From the NCBI GenBank assembly GCA_965243135.1, contig OZ251539.1, forward strand, positions 5,152,001-5,216,000: a stretch of DNA of 64,000 nucleotides, in the 5' to 3' direction. The stretch's first letter is position 1. Every line of letters starts with the position of its first letter. This document shows, in pieces, positions 10,129 to 21,405 of this stretch. Origin of the DNA: Alphaproteobacteria bacterium (GTDB lineage: Bacteria > Pseudomonadota > Alphaproteobacteria > MPNO01 > UBA830). Both the position numbers and the translations under genes were made by a program. The notes under the pieces are model-generated. The model searched no databases, was not told the origin of the DNA, and saw only the letters and a list, made by a program, of their open reading frames with translations.

Positions 10129-11118
10129 ATGAAAGCGTGGCGATCGCCCGAAACCCCGGGAATCGGCGCGCTTCGCCTCGTCGACGTCGAACGGCCGGCG
10201 CCGGAGGCGAACGAACTGCTCGTCAGGGTTCGGGCGGCGGCGCTCAATTTTTCCGACCTGTTGATGATCGACGGAGTCTATCAAATCCGGCCGGATCGCC
10301 CCTTCACGCCGGGACAGGAAATCGCCGGAACGGTCGTTGAAGCCGGATCCGAAACCGGCTTCGCGCGCGGTTCCCGCGTCGCCGGGAAGGCGCCGTGGGG
10401 AGGTTTCGCCGAATACGCCCTCCTGCGCGCCGACATGGCCATCCGGGTGCCGGACGAGACCGGCTTCGCGACCGCCGCCGCTCTTCCGGTAGCCTATACC
10501 ACCGCGTTCGTGGCGCTCGTCGAGGATGCGGCCGTTCGCGAAAGCGACACGGTTTTGATCCATGCCGCAGCCGGCGGCGTGGGGCTGGCGGCCGTTCAGA
10601 TCGCCAAGGCATACGGCGCGAAAGTCGTTGCGGCCGCCACCGGATCCCGGAAACGCGATCTCGTCCGGTCGCATGGCGCCGATGTCGTCGTCGACTACGA
10701 AACCGGAGACTTCGTCGCGGCCGCAAACGAAGCGACTGCCGGTCTCGGCGCCGACATCGTTCTCGACACGGTAGGCGGCGAGATAACGCTGCGGAGCCTT
10801 CGTTGCCTCGCGTGGAAGGGCCAGCTTCTCGTAACCGGCTTCTCGAGCGGAACGATTCCCGAAATTCCTGCAAACCGGCTCCTGTTGAAGCGCGCGGTCG
10901 CGCGCGGCGTATACTGGAACCACGACAGGGATCCGGAGATGGTGGCGCGCTGTACGCGGTCCCTGATTGAACTTCTCCGCGCGAACCGGATCGCTCCCGT
11001 CGTCCATGACCGGTACGGACTGAACGATCTTCCGCGCGCGCTCGAAGATCTGAAGTCGGGCCGATCGACGGGAAAGCTGGCTTTGAACACGGACCGCGAA
11101 CGAACAAGCGGCCGATGA
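10129..11118 (+). CDS. NADPH:quinone oxidoreductase family (MDR superfamily)
   Basis: ALNFSDLLMIDGVYQ, PFTPGQEIAG, LIHAAAGGVGLAAVQIAK motifs. Confidence 0.9.
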   Translation: MKAWRSPETPGIGALRLVDVERPAPEANELLVRVRAAALNFSDLLMIDGVYQIRPDRPFTPGQEIAGTVVEAGSETGFARGSRVAGKAPWGGFAEYALLRADMAIRVPDETGFATAAALPVAYTTAFVALVEDAAVRESDTVLIHAAAGGVGLAAVQIAKAYGAKVVAAATGSRKRDLVRSHGADVVVDYETGDFVAAANEATAGLGADIVLDTVGGEITLRSLRCLAWKGQLLVTGFSSGTIPEIPANRLLLKRAVARGVYWNHDRDPEMVARCTRSLIELLRANRIAPVVHDRYGLNDLPRALEDLKSGRSTGKLALNTDRERTSGR

Positions 11119-11206
11119 TCCGGTTCGGACAGACGCGGCATGGTCCTTGGAAGAGCCGGACCCTCTGCCGTTTCTGCGGATAGCCCGGACAGTCGACGGT
11201 CCCGGT

Positions 11207-11797
11207 TCAGTTTCCGGACCGCCATGCGCGAAACGCGTCGCCATCGTCGATATCGGCGAGCGTTCGTACGAACGCGACTCTCGCGCCGGGCCCGGCATTG
11301 GCGACAGTGTCCGAAAGAGCGTGCATCCCGGACCAGCGCACGTTCCTGAACAACGCCCCGGCGCGCGCACCTCGCGCCGCGCCGACCAGCCAGTAGCCCC
11401 CGTCGTCAGACGGACCGAACGCGAATTCGCACCGTCGCAGCGCCTCGAACGCTTCGGCGACGTGGCGGCGCTCCACGCCGGGGACGTCGCTGCCGACGAT
11501 CGCGACCGGGTGCGTTCCGAAGCGCCTCATGCATCTCGCCATGCGATCTCCGAGGTTGCCGTCGCCCTGCGGAATCCGGGGGATGCCGCAGGGCGGAATC
11601 CGCTTGTCGAAAACGTCCGCGTCGGGGGTCACGCCGAGCCACGTCGTCCATCTTCGATCGGAGGCGAGGCGCCGGGCGACGGCGTTCAAGGTCGCGCGGT
11701 AGAACCTGAGAGCGGTCGCCTCGCCGACGTCGGCCGCCAGCCGGGTCTTCACTCTTCCGAGGCGCGGCGTCCGCGCGAAGATCACGACATGTCTCAC
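11207..11797 (-). CDS. TIGR04282-like / DUF2064 glycosyltransferase-associated protein
   Basis: IFARTPRLGRVKTRLA, QGDGNLGDRM, IVGSDVP, GPSDDGGYWLVG, LADIDD motifs; GTG start overlaps the upstream stop. Confidence 0.85.
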   Translation of the reverse strand: MRHVVIFARTPRLGRVKTRLAADVGEATALRFYRATLNAVARRLASDRRWTTWLGVTPDADVFDKRIPPCGIPRIPQGDGNLGDRMARCMRRFGTHPVAIVGSDVPGVERRHVAEAFEALRRCEFAFGPSDDGGYWLVGAARGARAGALFRNVRWSGMHALSDTVANAGPGARVAFVRTLADIDDGDAFRAWRSGN

Positions 11798-12507
11798 AGG
11801 TAGAGCTTCTCGATCAGCCTTGGCGGCACGCCCAGAAAATAGAGAGCGAGGCAGGCGAGATTGCGCGCCGGGCGCAGCCACCAGCCTCCGCGCCTGTAAC
11901 GGTCGGCGGAGGTGACCGCATCGGCATCGAGCATATCGAGCCGACTCTTGCCGATGCGCCGTACGATGTCGACATCCTCGAACAGAGGGAGCGGCTTGAA
12001 CCCGCCGATGCGGTCGTGAAACCCTCGGGAGATCAGGAGGCCCTGATCGCCGTAGGGGAGGCCGAGCGCGCGCGTTCTCCAGGCGACGAGCCGTTCGACG
12101 CGGCGCGCTTGCGGATGCGCGTCGTCGAGTCGCAGCCGGAAGACCGCGGCGCGGTCGCCGTTCGCCGGTTCCGTCGCGAACTCGTGGACGGCGCGGCGCC
12201 AGCCGGGAGCGAGCCGGGTGTCCGCGTGCAAGAAAAGCAGCCACGCGCCGGGCGCGGCCTCGCCGCCGGCGCGCAGCTGGCGGCCTCTGCCCTTGGCGGA
12301 CGGCAGGACGCGCGCGCCCTTTCCCCTGGCGACCTTTTGCGTTCCGTCGGTCGAGCCGCCGTCCACGACGGTAATGTCGCAGGAGAGCGTCCCGTTGGCG
12401 CAGGAGATCGCGTCGACGACGCCCGGCAGCGTGGCCGCGGCGTTCAGGGCCGGAATTACGAACGATATGCGGACGGCCTTCCGCCCGGGCGCTTCCGGGT
12501 TTTCCAT
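11794..12507 (-). CDS. TIGR04283-like family 2 glycosyltransferase
   Basis: VIPALNAA, VVDGGSTDGT, LFLHADT, PYGDQGL, LFEDV, TSADRY motifs. Confidence 0.88.
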   Translation of the reverse strand: MENPEAPGRKAVRISFVIPALNAAATLPGVVDAISCANGTLSCDITVVDGGSTDGTQKVARGKGARVLPSAKGRGRQLRAGGEAAPGAWLLFLHADTRLAPGWRRAVHEFATEPANGDRAAVFRLRLDDAHPQARRVERLVAWRTRALGLPYGDQGLLISRGFHDRIGGFKPLPLFEDVDIVRRIGKSRLDMLDADAVTSADRYRRGGWWLRPARNLACLALYFLGVPPRLIEKLYL

Positions 12508-12540
12508 TCGCCGACCGGACGTTGCGCAGACGCCGTTCGC

Positions 12541-12732
12541 TCAGGCGCTTCCGTCCGTCCGGCGTCGTCCGCCGACGGCGAAGCGGCGCAAGGAGGCGGC
12601 GAGGCCGTTCAGGTCGCCGGACTCCATGAGCCGGCCGGCAATGAAGCGTCGTCCGGTTTTCTTGCCCTCGCGCCGGTTCTCGACGATCCGGACGTACGTG
12701 CGATTCCCGCTGATCTTGGCGCGACAGAACAT
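12541..12732 (-). pseudogene. N-terminal relic of an IS1634-like transposase
   Basis: MFCRAKISGNRTYVRIVENRREGKK...GRLMESGDLNGLAASLRRF resembles the start of IS1634-family transposases; no catalytic domain follows. Confidence 0.55.
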
Positions 12733-13150
12733 CGAGAGTCCCCAAGAAGAACAGCGTTCATTCTACGGCCGGGAGGCATCTTGGTCACGCGTCCCGGAAG
12801 AACCCGTTCTTTCTCGCTGCGGCGCGGGTCGGGAGATGTCTCAGGAAAAGACTTCGGCGTCCAACATGCGGCGTTTCCCGGAGGAAGCGGTCGAAAAGCG
12901 CGTCCTGCGCCAGTTCCCGAAAATGGCCGGGCCGTCCGGCAACCTTTTGCGCGGCATCGGCGTTGCGGGGCAGGCGCAACGATCGTTGGCGACAAGTCCG
13001 GCCGCGAAATCCGCGGCGCGTCGTCGTTCAGGGCTGCAAAAAAAGTTTCCAACCTGTATTTTCCACGACGTTCGCGCCTTGTCGGACCTGCCGCCGCAGA
13101 AGAGCCGGACGGTCCGGCTTCTTCTCGCGCTTAGCATCGGGGATTCGGTC

Positions 13151-14638
13151 ATGAAACTGGCAAGCATGTTTTTTGCCGCCGCGGCAGCCGCTTTGGCTCC
13201 GGACAGCGGTTTCGGCGCGCCCGTGAAACTCACCATCGTTCATTTCAACGATCTCGACCGGATGGAGGAAAAGCGCGGCCGGGGCGGCGTCGCAAGGCTC
13301 GCTTCCGTGATCGCCGCCGAGCGGCGGCGCGGCGGCAACGTCCTGGTCACGTTCGCCGGCGACGCGATCTCGCCGTCGCTGCTTTCGGGCTTCGACCAGG
13401 GGGCCCACATGATCGCGCTTCTGAACAGGCTCGGCCTCACCGCCATGGCGCTCGGCAACCACGAGTTCGATTTCGGGCCGGAAGTCGCGCGCCGCCGCAT
13501 CGCGGAGGCTTCGTTTCCGGTTTTGAGCGCCAATCACAGGGACGCGGACGGGGAGATTATCGACGGCGCGAAGGCGTCGATCATGGTCGCCGCCGGCAGG
13601 TTCAAAATCGGCGTATTCGGATTGACCACGACCGGGACCGCCGTGAAATCCAGCCCGGGGAGCGTGGTTTTCCGCCCCGCCGTCGAGGTCGCCGCCGAGC
13701 AGGCGCGCGAATTGCGCGCGGCGGGCGCCGACCTCGTGGTCGCTCTCGCTCACACGGACTCGGGCGAGGACGCGGCGTTGCTCGCTCGGGGCGACGTCGA
13801 TCTCCTGCTGAGCGGCGACGATCATATCTTGCGGGTCGAATACGACGGCCGGGCGGCGTTCGCGGAGTCCGGCGCGCAGGCCGAGCGGATCACGGCGATC
13901 GATCTCGAACTCGACGAGGCGGAGCGGCCGGAAGGCAAGCGCTTCGTCTGGAGCCCGGCTTTTCGCGTGATCGACTCGGCGCAGGTCGAACCGGACCCTG
14001 AGGTCGCGGCGGCGGTGCAGGGCTATCTCGACCGGCTTTCCGGCGAGCTCGACGCCGCGGTCGGCAGGACGACCACGGCGCTCGACAGCCGTCGAACGAC
14101 GGTTCGCGGCATGGAGGCCGCAATCGGCAACCTGTTCGCCGACGCGATGCGGGCGGCGACGCAGGCCGACATCGCGATCGTCAACGGGGGAGGGATCCGC
14201 GGCGACCGGACCTATCCGCCGGGAACCGCGCTGACCCGACGGGACATCCTCGAGGAACTCCCGTTCGGCGACAAGACGGTCGTCATCGAGGTGACGGGCC
14301 GGGACGTGGTCGCGGCCCTCGAGAACGGCCTGAGCGGCGGAGGCCGGTTCCCGCATTTCTCGGGACTGCGCGTCGTCTACGATCCGAACCGCCCTCCGGG
14401 ACGCCGCGTGGTCGAGGCCGCGCAGGACGGCAAGAAAATCCGGCCCGACGCGACTTACGTGCTGGCGACCAACGATTTCCTGGCGGGCGGCGGCGACGGC
14501 TACGGGATGCTCGCGAACGGAAAGCGGCTCGTCGACGCCAGGGCGGGAACCCTTCTCACGGTCCAGGTGATGCGGTACATCGCGGATCGGGGATCGGTCG
14601 GCCCGCGGGTCGACGGCCGGCTGCGGGTCGGGCTCTGA
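13151..14638 (+). CDS. Periplasmic 5'-nucleotidase / UDP-sugar hydrolase (UshA-like)
   Basis: Signal peptide; HFND, AGD, LGNHEFDFG, NGGGIRG, LPFG, NDFLAGGGDGY motifs. Confidence 0.9.
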   Translation: MKLASMFFAAAAAALAPDSGFGAPVKLTIVHFNDLDRMEEKRGRGGVARLASVIAAERRRGGNVLVTFAGDAISPSLLSGFDQGAHMIALLNRLGLTAMALGNHEFDFGPEVARRRIAEASFPVLSANHRDADGEIIDGAKASIMVAAGRFKIGVFGLTTTGTAVKSSPGSVVFRPAVEVAAEQARELRAAGADLVVALAHTDSGEDAALLARGDVDLLLSGDDHILRVEYDGRAAFAESGAQAERITAIDLELDEAERPEGKRFVWSPAFRVIDSAQVEPDPEVAAAVQGYLDRLSGELDAAVGRTTTALDSRRTTVRGMEAAIGNLFADAMRAATQADIAIVNGGGIRGDRTYPPGTALTRRDILEELPFGDKTVVIEVTGRDVVAALENGLSGGGRFPHFSGLRVVYDPNRPPGRRVVEAAQDGKKIRPDATYVLATNDFLAGGGDGYGMLANGKRLVDARAGTLLTVQVMRYIADRGSVGPRVDGRLRVGL

Positions 14639-14763
14639 TCGACGGAAGGCGGGCTGCGGCAGGGTCGTCAAGGCGCGTCGCGGAGCGCAGGCATTCCGGT
14701 TCCGCGATTCGCCCGGTATAATGCGCCGTCCGCCGCCGCTGCGCGGCCCTGTACCGCTTCGCC

Positions 14764-15300
14764 ATGGCGCTGCTGCCCGTTATCGTCGCTCCGGATCCCC
14801 TGCTGAAGCAAATCGCCGAGCCCGTGGGTTCGGTCGATGACGGCGTGAGACGGTTGATGGACGACATGCTGGAGACCATGTACGCCGCGCCCGGCGTCGG
14901 CCTTGCCGCGCCGCAGGTCGGCGCGCTCCGGCGCGTTATCGTCGCCGACGTCGCGCCGTCCGGCGAACCGCGCCGTCCGTTGCGCATCGCCGACCCCCGC
15001 ATCGTCGAGTCGTCGGTCGAAATCTCGGCCCGCGAAGAAGGCTGCCTCTCGCTCCCCGAGCATTATGCGGAAGTCGAACGGCCCGAACGCGTGCGCCTGC
15101 AGTATCTCGATTACGACGGCGCGGCCCGGGAGGAGGAATTCGACGGTTACCTCGCGACCTGCATCCAGCACGAGATCGACCATCTCGACGGCGTTCTCTT
15201 CGTGGATCGCATCTCCGCCGTCAGGCGCGGCATGATCCTGCGCAAGCTCGCCAGGGCGAAGCGCGCTCGCGACCGGAAGCCCGGAGCGGCGCGGCGCTGA
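14764..15300 (+). CDS. def: Peptide deformylase
   Basis: [24 protein letters not shown] motifs; TATAAT at 14717-14722 upstream. Confidence 0.96.
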   Translation: MALLPVIVAPDPLLKQIAEPVGSVDDGVRRLMDDMLETMYAAPGVGLAAPQVGALRRVIVADVAPSGEPRRPLRIADPRIVESSVEISAREEGCLSLPEHYAEVERPERVRLQYLDYDGAAREEEFDGYLATCIQHEIDHLDGVLFVDRISAVRRGMILRKLARAKRARDRKPGAARR

Positions 15301-15306
15301 CGCGCG

Positions 15307-16197
15307 ATGTCCGCGCTCAAACTCGCCTTCATGGGCACGGCGGAATTCGCGGTGCCGAGCCTCGACGCCTTGATCCGCGCCGGCCACGAGGTCGCGCGCG
15401 TCCACACCCGCCCGCCCCGTCCGGCGGGCCGCGGGCAGCGCGAACGCGTTTCGCCGGTGCAGGCCTTCGCGGACGCCAGGGGAATCGAGGTCCGGCATTC
15501 CCCGGAAGCCGACGATTTCGCCGCGTTCGACGCCGTGGCGGTGGCTGCCTACGGCCGCATCCTGCCGGAGGCGACGTTGGGCGAGCCGCGTCTCGGATGC
15601 GTCAACGTGCATGCGTCGCTGCTGCCCCGCTGGCGCGGCGCGGCGCCGATACAGCGCGCGATTCTCGCCGGCGACGCGGAAACCGGCGTGACCGTGATGC
15701 AGATGGACGCGGGGCTCGACACCGGCCCGATTCTGCTCGCCGAACGCATGCCCATCGGTCCGCGCGCGACGGCGCCGGATCTGCACGACGCGCTTGCCGC
15801 GATGGGGGGACGCCTGCTCGCGGAAGCGCTTGCCGCGGACGGGCTCGTCCCCCGTCCGCAACCGCGGGACGGCGCGACTTACGCCGCCAGGCTCGAACGC
15901 CGCGAAGGGCGGGCGGACTGGAACGAGGACGCGGTTCTGATCGAACGCAGAATTCGCGCCTTCGCGCCGTGGCCGGGGGTATGGTGCGAACGCGGAGGGA
16001 AGCGGCTTCGCATTCTGGAGGCGAGCGTCGTCGGCCTCTCCGGTCCGCCGGGTACGGTCATCGGCCTGCCCCTGACGGTGGCCTGCGGCGCCGGCGCGCT
16101 TCGAATCGAAAGGGTTCAGCGGGCGGGCGGAGCGGCCATGCCCGCGGACGCGTTCGTTCGCGGCAATCCTCTCCTCCCCGGCGCGGCGCTGTCGTGA
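15307..16197 (+). CDS. fmt: Methionyl-tRNA formyltransferase
   Basis: [35 protein letters not shown] motifs; follows def. Confidence 0.95.
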   Translation: MSALKLAFMGTAEFAVPSLDALIRAGHEVARVHTRPPRPAGRGQRERVSPVQAFADARGIEVRHSPEADDFAAFDAVAVAAYGRILPEATLGEPRLGCVNVHASLLPRWRGAAPIQRAILAGDAETGVTVMQMDAGLDTGPILLAERMPIGPRATAPDLHDALAAMGGRLLAEALAADGLVPRPQPRDGATYAARLERREGRADWNEDAVLIERRIRAFAPWPGVWCERGGKRLRILEASVVGLSGPPGTVIGLPLTVACGAGALRIERVQRAGGAAMPADAFVRGNPLLPGAALS

Positions 16198-16934
16198 CCC
16201 GTTACCGGATCACGGTCGAATACGACGGCGGCGGATACGTCGGGTGGCAGCGCCAGGAAAGCGGCCCCTCCGTCCAGGCGGCTCTGGAGGACGCCGTGTT
16301 CGGCTTCTGCGGCGAGAGAGTGCGCGTCCGCGGCGCCGGCCGGACCGACGCCGGGGTTCATGCGCTGGGCCAGGTCGCGCACGTCGACATATCCAGGCCG
16401 GTCGCGGCGGACACGGTGCGCGACGCGATCAACGCCCATTTGGGGCGCCAGCCCATCGCGGTGCTGGACGCGCGGGAGGTCGGCGGCGACTTCGACGCCA
16501 GGACTTCGGCGCGGCGGCGAGTGTATCTGTATCGCATCCTCAACCGCCGGGCGCCGCCGGCGGTCGAGCGCGGCCGCGTGTGGCACGTCCGGGCTTCTCT
16601 GGACGCGGACGCGATGCAGGCGGCCGGTCAGCGCCTCGTCGGCCGGCACGACTTCACCACTTTCCGCGCCGCCATGTGCCAGGCGAGGTCGCCCGTGAAG
16701 ACGCTGGACAAGATCGCCGTCGAGCGCGCCGGGGACGAGATTCGATTCCATGTCGAGGCGCGCTCGTTCCTGCATCGTCAGGTGCGGAACATGGTGGGCA
16801 CGCTCGAACGGGTGGGCGCCGGCAAGTGGACCGCCGCCGACGTTTCGGCGGCGCTGGCGGCCCGCGACAGATCGGCGGGCGGTCCGACCGCGCCGGCCGC
16901 CGGGCTGTATCTGGTTTCGGTGCATTATCCATGA
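16194..16934 (+). CDS. truA: tRNA pseudouridine(38-40) synthase
   Basis: [48 protein letters not shown] motifs; GTGA overlap with fmt. Confidence 0.95.
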   Translation: MTRYRITVEYDGGGYVGWQRQESGPSVQAALEDAVFGFCGERVRVRGAGRTDAGVHALGQVAHVDISRPVAADTVRDAINAHLGRQPIAVLDAREVGGDFDARTSARRRVYLYRILNRRAPPAVERGRVWHVRASLDADAMQAAGQRLVGRHDFTTFRAAMCQARSPVKTLDKIAVERAGDEIRFHVEARSFLHRQVRNMVGTLERVGAGKWTAADVSAALAARDRSAGGPTAPAAGLYLVSVHYP

Positions 16935-17473
16935 AGCATCCAACGGTCGACCGCGTGCAGGCAAAGGGCCAACACGTTGCCGATGAGCATGATCACGGTC
17001 GCCCGGGCGATGCGCACCTCGAGCGCGACGTGCGCGATGAACGCCTGATAGAAGAACGCGGCCATGGTCGCGAGAAACCAGAGAAGAAAACTCGCGGCGG
17101 CGGGCAGGTGCGAGGTCGCGATCTGCACCGCAAGAAACAACAGAAACTGAAGGACGAGGCCCCAATTCCACGCCGCGATGAAACGGAAATACTGGTCGGC
17201 GCAGTCCGTGGCCTCGGTGTAGGCGAGCATCGCGAGCGGAAAGATCACCCAGCCGATCACGTAGGAGATCGTTTCGACGGCGAAGAACCGTCCGTCCATC
17301 GCTCCGGGCGCGTCGTACATCGCCAGCAGCACGTAGTTCGGCGCGGCGAGGACCGCCGCGAGGAAGGACCTCCAGAAAGCGCTCTCGTCGTTCTCGAAGT
17401 AGATCACCCCGTGGCGGTCCAGCAAGGCGAGGCGAAAGGCCGCCGCCAACGAAATGGCGACATGGAGAATCAT
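16925..17473 (-). CDS. Hypothetical integral membrane protein downstream of dapE
   Basis: 182-aa hydrophobic ORF ([30 protein letters not shown]); ATGA overlap with the dapE stop. Confidence 0.75.
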   Translation of the reverse strand: MILHVAISLAAAFRLALLDRHGVIYFENDESAFWRSFLAAVLAAPNYVLLAMYDAPGAMDGRFFAVETISYVIGWVIFPLAMLAYTEATDCADQYFRFIAAWNWGLVLQFLLFLAVQIATSHLPAAASFLLWFLATMAAFFYQAFIAHVALEVRIARATVIMLIGNVLALCLHAVDRWMLHG

Positions 17474-18612
17474 TCGGCGAAGTACCCGTCGAGAACCGCG
17501 GCGTAGATGTCGGCGAGCGTCCGGACGTCGGCGACGGCGGTTCGTTCGTCGACCTTGTGCATGGTGCGTCCGACCAGGCCGAACTCCGCGACCGGGCAGA
17601 AATCCTTTATGAAGCGCGCGTCGGAAGTGCCGCCGGCGGTCGAGAGATCGGGCTCCCGGCCCGTCACCCGCCGCACCGCGTCGCTCAGCAGCGCGCTGAA
17701 CGGTCCCGGCGGCGTGAAGAACGCTTCGCCCGACACGGCGACCTCCAGTTCGTAAGGGCCGCCCGCCGCGGCGCAGCGCTCGTGCAGCCATCGCGTCAGG
17801 CTCTCTCCGGTATGGAGGTCGTTGAACCGGACGTTGAACATGGCCTGCGCGCGTCCCGGGATGACGTTCGCCGCCGGATTCCCAGTGTCGATCGTCGTCA
17901 GCTGAAGGTCGGACGGCTGGAAGTGCTCCGTGCCGCCGTCGAGCGGCGCGCTCGAAATCGCGTCCAGCATCCGGACCAGCCGCGGCAGCGGATTGTCCGC
18001 GAGATGCGGATACGCGGTGTGTCCCTGGACGCCGGAGACGGCGAGCCTGCCGGTCAGGCTTCCGCGGCGGCCGATCTTGATCATGTCGCCGAGCCTCTCG
18101 GGGTTGGTCGGTTCGCCGACCAGGCAGACGTCGATGGCCTCGCCCCTTTCCGCCAGCCAGTCGAGAACCTTTTTCGTCCCGTTCACGGCCGGCCCCTCTT
18201 CGTCGCCCGTGATCAGCAGGCTGACCGATCCCTTCCGGCCCGCGCCGCGGCGGGCGACGGCCGCGACGAACGCGGCGATCGCGCTCTTCATGTCGGCGGC
18301 GCCGCGGCCGTAAAGCATGCCGTCCACGACCTCGCCGCCGAACGGATCGACGCTCCATGCGTCCGGGTCGCCGAGCGGCACCACGTCGACATGCCCGGCG
18401 AAGCAGAAATTAGGCGCGCCTTCGCCGCGCCGGGCGTAAAGGTTATCGACGTCGGGCGTTCCCGGCTCGGAGAATTTCAGCCGGCTGCAGACGAAGCCCA
18501 GATCGTCCAGGGCCGCTTCCAGCACGTCGAGCGCCCCCGCCTCGTCGGGGGTCACGCTCGGACAGCGGATCAGTTCGCGCGCGAGTTCGACGGCGTCGAT
18601 AATAGGAGTCAA
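17470..18612 (-). CDS. dapE: Succinyl-diaminopimelate desuccinylase
   Basis: [42 protein letters not shown] motifs; inferred TTG start overlaps the dapD stop. Confidence 0.95.
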   Translation of the reverse strand: MTPIIDAVELARELIRCPSVTPDEAGALDVLEAALDDLGFVCSRLKFSEPGTPDVDNLYARRGEGAPNFCFAGHVDVVPLGDPDAWSVDPFGGEVVDGMLYGRGAADMKSAIAAFVAAVARRGAGRKGSVSLLITGDEEGPAVNGTKKVLDWLAERGEAIDVCLVGEPTNPERLGDMIKIGRRGSLTGRLAVSGVQGHTAYPHLADNPLPRLVRMLDAISSAPLDGGTEHFQPSDLQLTTIDTGNPAANVIPGRAQAMFNVRFNDLHTGESLTRWLHERCAAAGGPYELEVAVSGEAFFTPPGPFSALLSDAVRRVTGREPDLSTAGGTSDARFIKDFCPVAEFGLVGRTMHKVDERTAVADVRTLADIYAAVLDGYFAE

Positions 18613-19460
18613 TCCCTGAGAAGCTCGTTGATGGAAGTCTTGGAACGGGTCCGCTCGTCCACGCGCTTGACGATGACGGCGCAGTAGAGGCTCGGCCCGT
18701 CGCTTCCGTCGGGCAGCTTGCGTCCGGGCATGGCGCCGGGAACCACCACGGAGTACGCGGGGACCCGCCCGCGGTGGATTTCTCCGGTCTCGCGGTCGAC
18801 GATCCTCGTGGACGCGCCGAGGAACACGCCCATCGACAGCACGCTGCCGCGTTCGACGATCACCCCCTCCGCGACCTCGGAACGGGCCCCGACGAAGCAG
18901 TCGTCCTCGACGATCACGGGATCGGCCTGCAGGGGCTCGAGCACGCCGCCGATTCCGGCGCCGCCGGAAATGTGGCAATTCCGGCCGATCTGGGCGCAGG
19001 AGCCGACGGTCGCCCAGGTGTCCACCATGGTGCCCTCTTCGACGCGGGCGCCGAGATTGACGAAACTCGGCATCAGCACGACGCCCGGCGCAAGATACGC
19101 CGAGCGGCGAACGACGCAGTTCGGCACGGCGCGGAAGCCGGCCGCTCGAAAGCGGGCTTCGTTCCAGCCGGCGAACTTCGACGGCACCTTGTCGAACCAG
19201 GGGCTTTCGCCGATGCCCGGAAACGCGGGCCCGCCCGGAAGCGGCGCCATGTCGTATATGCGGAAGGACAGCAGCACGGCCTTCTTCAGCCATTGATGCA
19301 CCGTCCACACTCCGTCCAGCTTCTCGGCCACGCGCAGAGAGCCGGAATCGAGTCCGTCGAGCGCGGCCTCGATCGCCTCGCGCAACGGGCCCTTCGCGTT
19401 CGGGGTGACGGAGTCGCGCTCTTCCCACGCCCGGTCGATTCGTTCCCGGAGATCGTCCAT
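18609..19460 (-). CDS. dapD: Tetrahydrodipicolinate N-succinyltransferase
   Basis: [52 protein letters not shown] motifs. Confidence 0.97.
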   Translation of the reverse strand: MDDLRERIDRAWEERDSVTPNAKGPLREAIEAALDGLDSGSLRVAEKLDGVWTVHQWLKKAVLLSFRIYDMAPLPGGPAFPGIGESPWFDKVPSKFAGWNEARFRAAGFRAVPNCVVRRSAYLAPGVVLMPSFVNLGARVEEGTMVDTWATVGSCAQIGRNCHISGGAGIGGVLEPLQADPVIVEDDCFVGARSEVAEGVIVERGSVLSMGVFLGASTRIVDRETGEIHRGRVPAYSVVVPGAMPGRKLPDGSDGPSLYCAVIVKRVDERTRSKTSINELLRD

Positions 19461-19762
19461 GTTCTATTCGCTTTCGTCCCGGGGCTTCCCGGCGGCGCCC
19501 GGGCGGAGCCGCCCGGAAATAACCACGGGTTCCGATGCCGGTCAACCGGCGGCTTTGGCGGCATCGCTCGGTTGCCGCGACGAAAGGCGGGTTGCGGCGT
19601 CGCTGCGCCGCAGGCCCAGGCGAGCGCCGCCGTCGCGACCGCGGCTCCGCGGCGGAATCCGCAAGCCGTCCCGGAGCGGAAAGCCCGCGGCTTTCCGCGC
19701 CCGACGAAGGAATTTCCGCGCGGCCGTCGGCTATCCGAGGAGTCGGGCGCGGCGCGAAGGCC

Positions 19763-20437
19763 TTACGGCGTCCTCAACCGCGCGGAATTCAGCCACCCCT
19801 TCAGGTCGTCGATGACGTGATCGGCGGCGCCGGGTCCGTCGCCGGCCCAGCTCGCTCCGGTGCGAAGCCAGACCGTGGTCATGCCCAGACTGGAGGCGGG
19901 TTCGAGGTTTCGCGCGATGTCCTCGATCATGACCGCGCGCCGCGGATCGACGCCGTGCCGTTCGCACAGCCGGCGATACGGGGCGATCGCCGGCTTCGGC
20001 ACGTAATCGGCGTCGCCGATGTCGAACACCGCGTCGAAATGCCCCGCCAGGCCGAGGCGCTTCAGGACGCGCCCGGCGTGGAGCGAGAAAGCGTTGGTGT
20101 GGACGAACTTTCGGCCCGGCAGCCGGGCGATGGCGGCGCCCAGTTCCGGATCGGGTTCGATCTCCGAAACGTCGAGCCGGGAGAGGTGCCTCATGTAGTC
20201 GTCGGGATCGAGGCCGTGCTCGACCATGAGCCCGCGCAGGGTGAGTCCGTGCTCGCGGAAATAAGCCTTCTGAATCCGCCGCGCCTCGGCCCTGTCGACG
20301 TTCAGGAAACCGGCGATGAACGATCCCATGAGTTCGTCCGTCTGGGCGAGCATCGCCTCGCTCGACCGGTAAAGCGTATTGTCGAGATCGAAGATCCAGG
20401 CGTCGACATGGCGCAGGTCGGCGGCGGAGTTCGGCAT
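19763..20437 (-). CDS. Pyrimidine 5'-nucleotidase (HAD family)
   Basis: [24 protein letters not shown] motifs. Confidence 0.88.
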   Translation of the reverse strand: MPNSAADLRHVDAWIFDLDNTLYRSSEAMLAQTDELMGSFIAGFLNVDRAEARRIQKAYFREHGLTLRGLMVEHGLDPDDYMRHLSRLDVSEIEPDPELGAAIARLPGRKFVHTNAFSLHAGRVLKRLGLAGHFDAVFDIGDADYVPKPAIAPYRRLCERHGVDPRRAVMIEDIARNLEPASSLGMTTVWLRTGASWAGDGPGAADHVIDDLKGWLNSARLRTP

Positions 20438-20467
20438 GGCGGCGCGGCGCAGGCGGCGAGCCGGCGT

Positions 20468-21370
20468 CTATCCCCTGCGTATCATCGTGCCCGCGCCGTG
20501 GCGGGTGAAGATTTCGAGCAGCAGCCCGTGAGGCGTCCGTCCGTCCATGATGACGGCGGCGCCGACGCCCCGCTCGACCGCGTCGAGGCAGGTCTCGACC
20601 TTCGGGATCATTCCGCCGGCGACGATTCCGCTCCGGATCATGCCGCGCGCCTGCCCGTCGGTGATCTCCGTGACCAGCTCGCCGTTCCCGTCGAGAACGC
20701 CGGCCACGTCCGTCAGCATGAAAAGCCGCTCGGCTCCGATCGCGCCGGCGATCGCGCCGGCCGCCGTGTCGGCGTTGACGTTGTAGGTCGTGCCGTTTTC
20801 GTCGACGCCCATGGGCGCGATCACGGGAACCATGTGCGAGTTGACGAGAGTGTCCAGCACGCGCGTTTCGATCGCGGTCGGCTCGCCGACGAAGCCGAGA
20901 TCGACGATTCGCTCGATGCGGGAATCGGTCTTCCGCCGGTGCTGCAGCTTGCGCGCCCGGATCAGCCTTCCGTCCTTGCCGGAAATCCCGACGGCGGTGC
21001 CGCCGGCGTTGTTGATCGCCGATACGATTTCCTTGTTTATCGCGCCCGCGAGCACCATCTCGACGATTTCGACGGTGCGCCGGTCGGTGACGCGGAGACC
21101 GTCGACGAACTGGCTTTCGATCCGGAGGCGCTTCAGCATGTCGCCGATCTGCGGGCCGCCGCCGTGGACGACGATCGGGTTGATCCCCACCTGTTTCACG
21201 AGGACGATGTCGCGGGCGAAGATTTCGGCGAGCCTGGGGTCGCCCATCGCGTGGCCGCCGTACTTGATGACGAAGGTCTTCCCGGAAAATTCCTGGAGAA
21301 AGGGCAGCGCCTCCGAAATGGTGGCCGCCGTGCGCAGCAGCGATTTGGCGGGAGGCTTGGGACCGGTCAT
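20468..21370 (-). CDS. argB: Acetylglutamate kinase
   Basis: VIKYGGHAM, VHGGGPQI, GLRVTD, NVNADTAAG, GGMIPKV motifs. Confidence 0.96.
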   Translation of the reverse strand: MTGPKPPAKSLLRTAATISEALPFLQEFSGKTFVIKYGGHAMGDPRLAEIFARDIVLVKQVGINPIVVHGGGPQIGDMLKRLRIESQFVDGLRVTDRRTVEIVEMVLAGAINKEIVSAINNAGGTAVGISGKDGRLIRARKLQHRRKTDSRIERIVDLGFVGEPTAIETRVLDTLVNSHMVPVIAPMGVDENGTTYNVNADTAAGAIAGAIGAERLFMLTDVAGVLDGNGELVTEITDGQARGMIRSGIVAGGMIPKVETCLDAVERGVGAAVIMDGRTPHGLLLEIFTRHGAGTMIRRG

Positions 21371-21405
21371 GATTCGGGCTTCGACATGTTGCGCGCCGGT
21401 GTATA

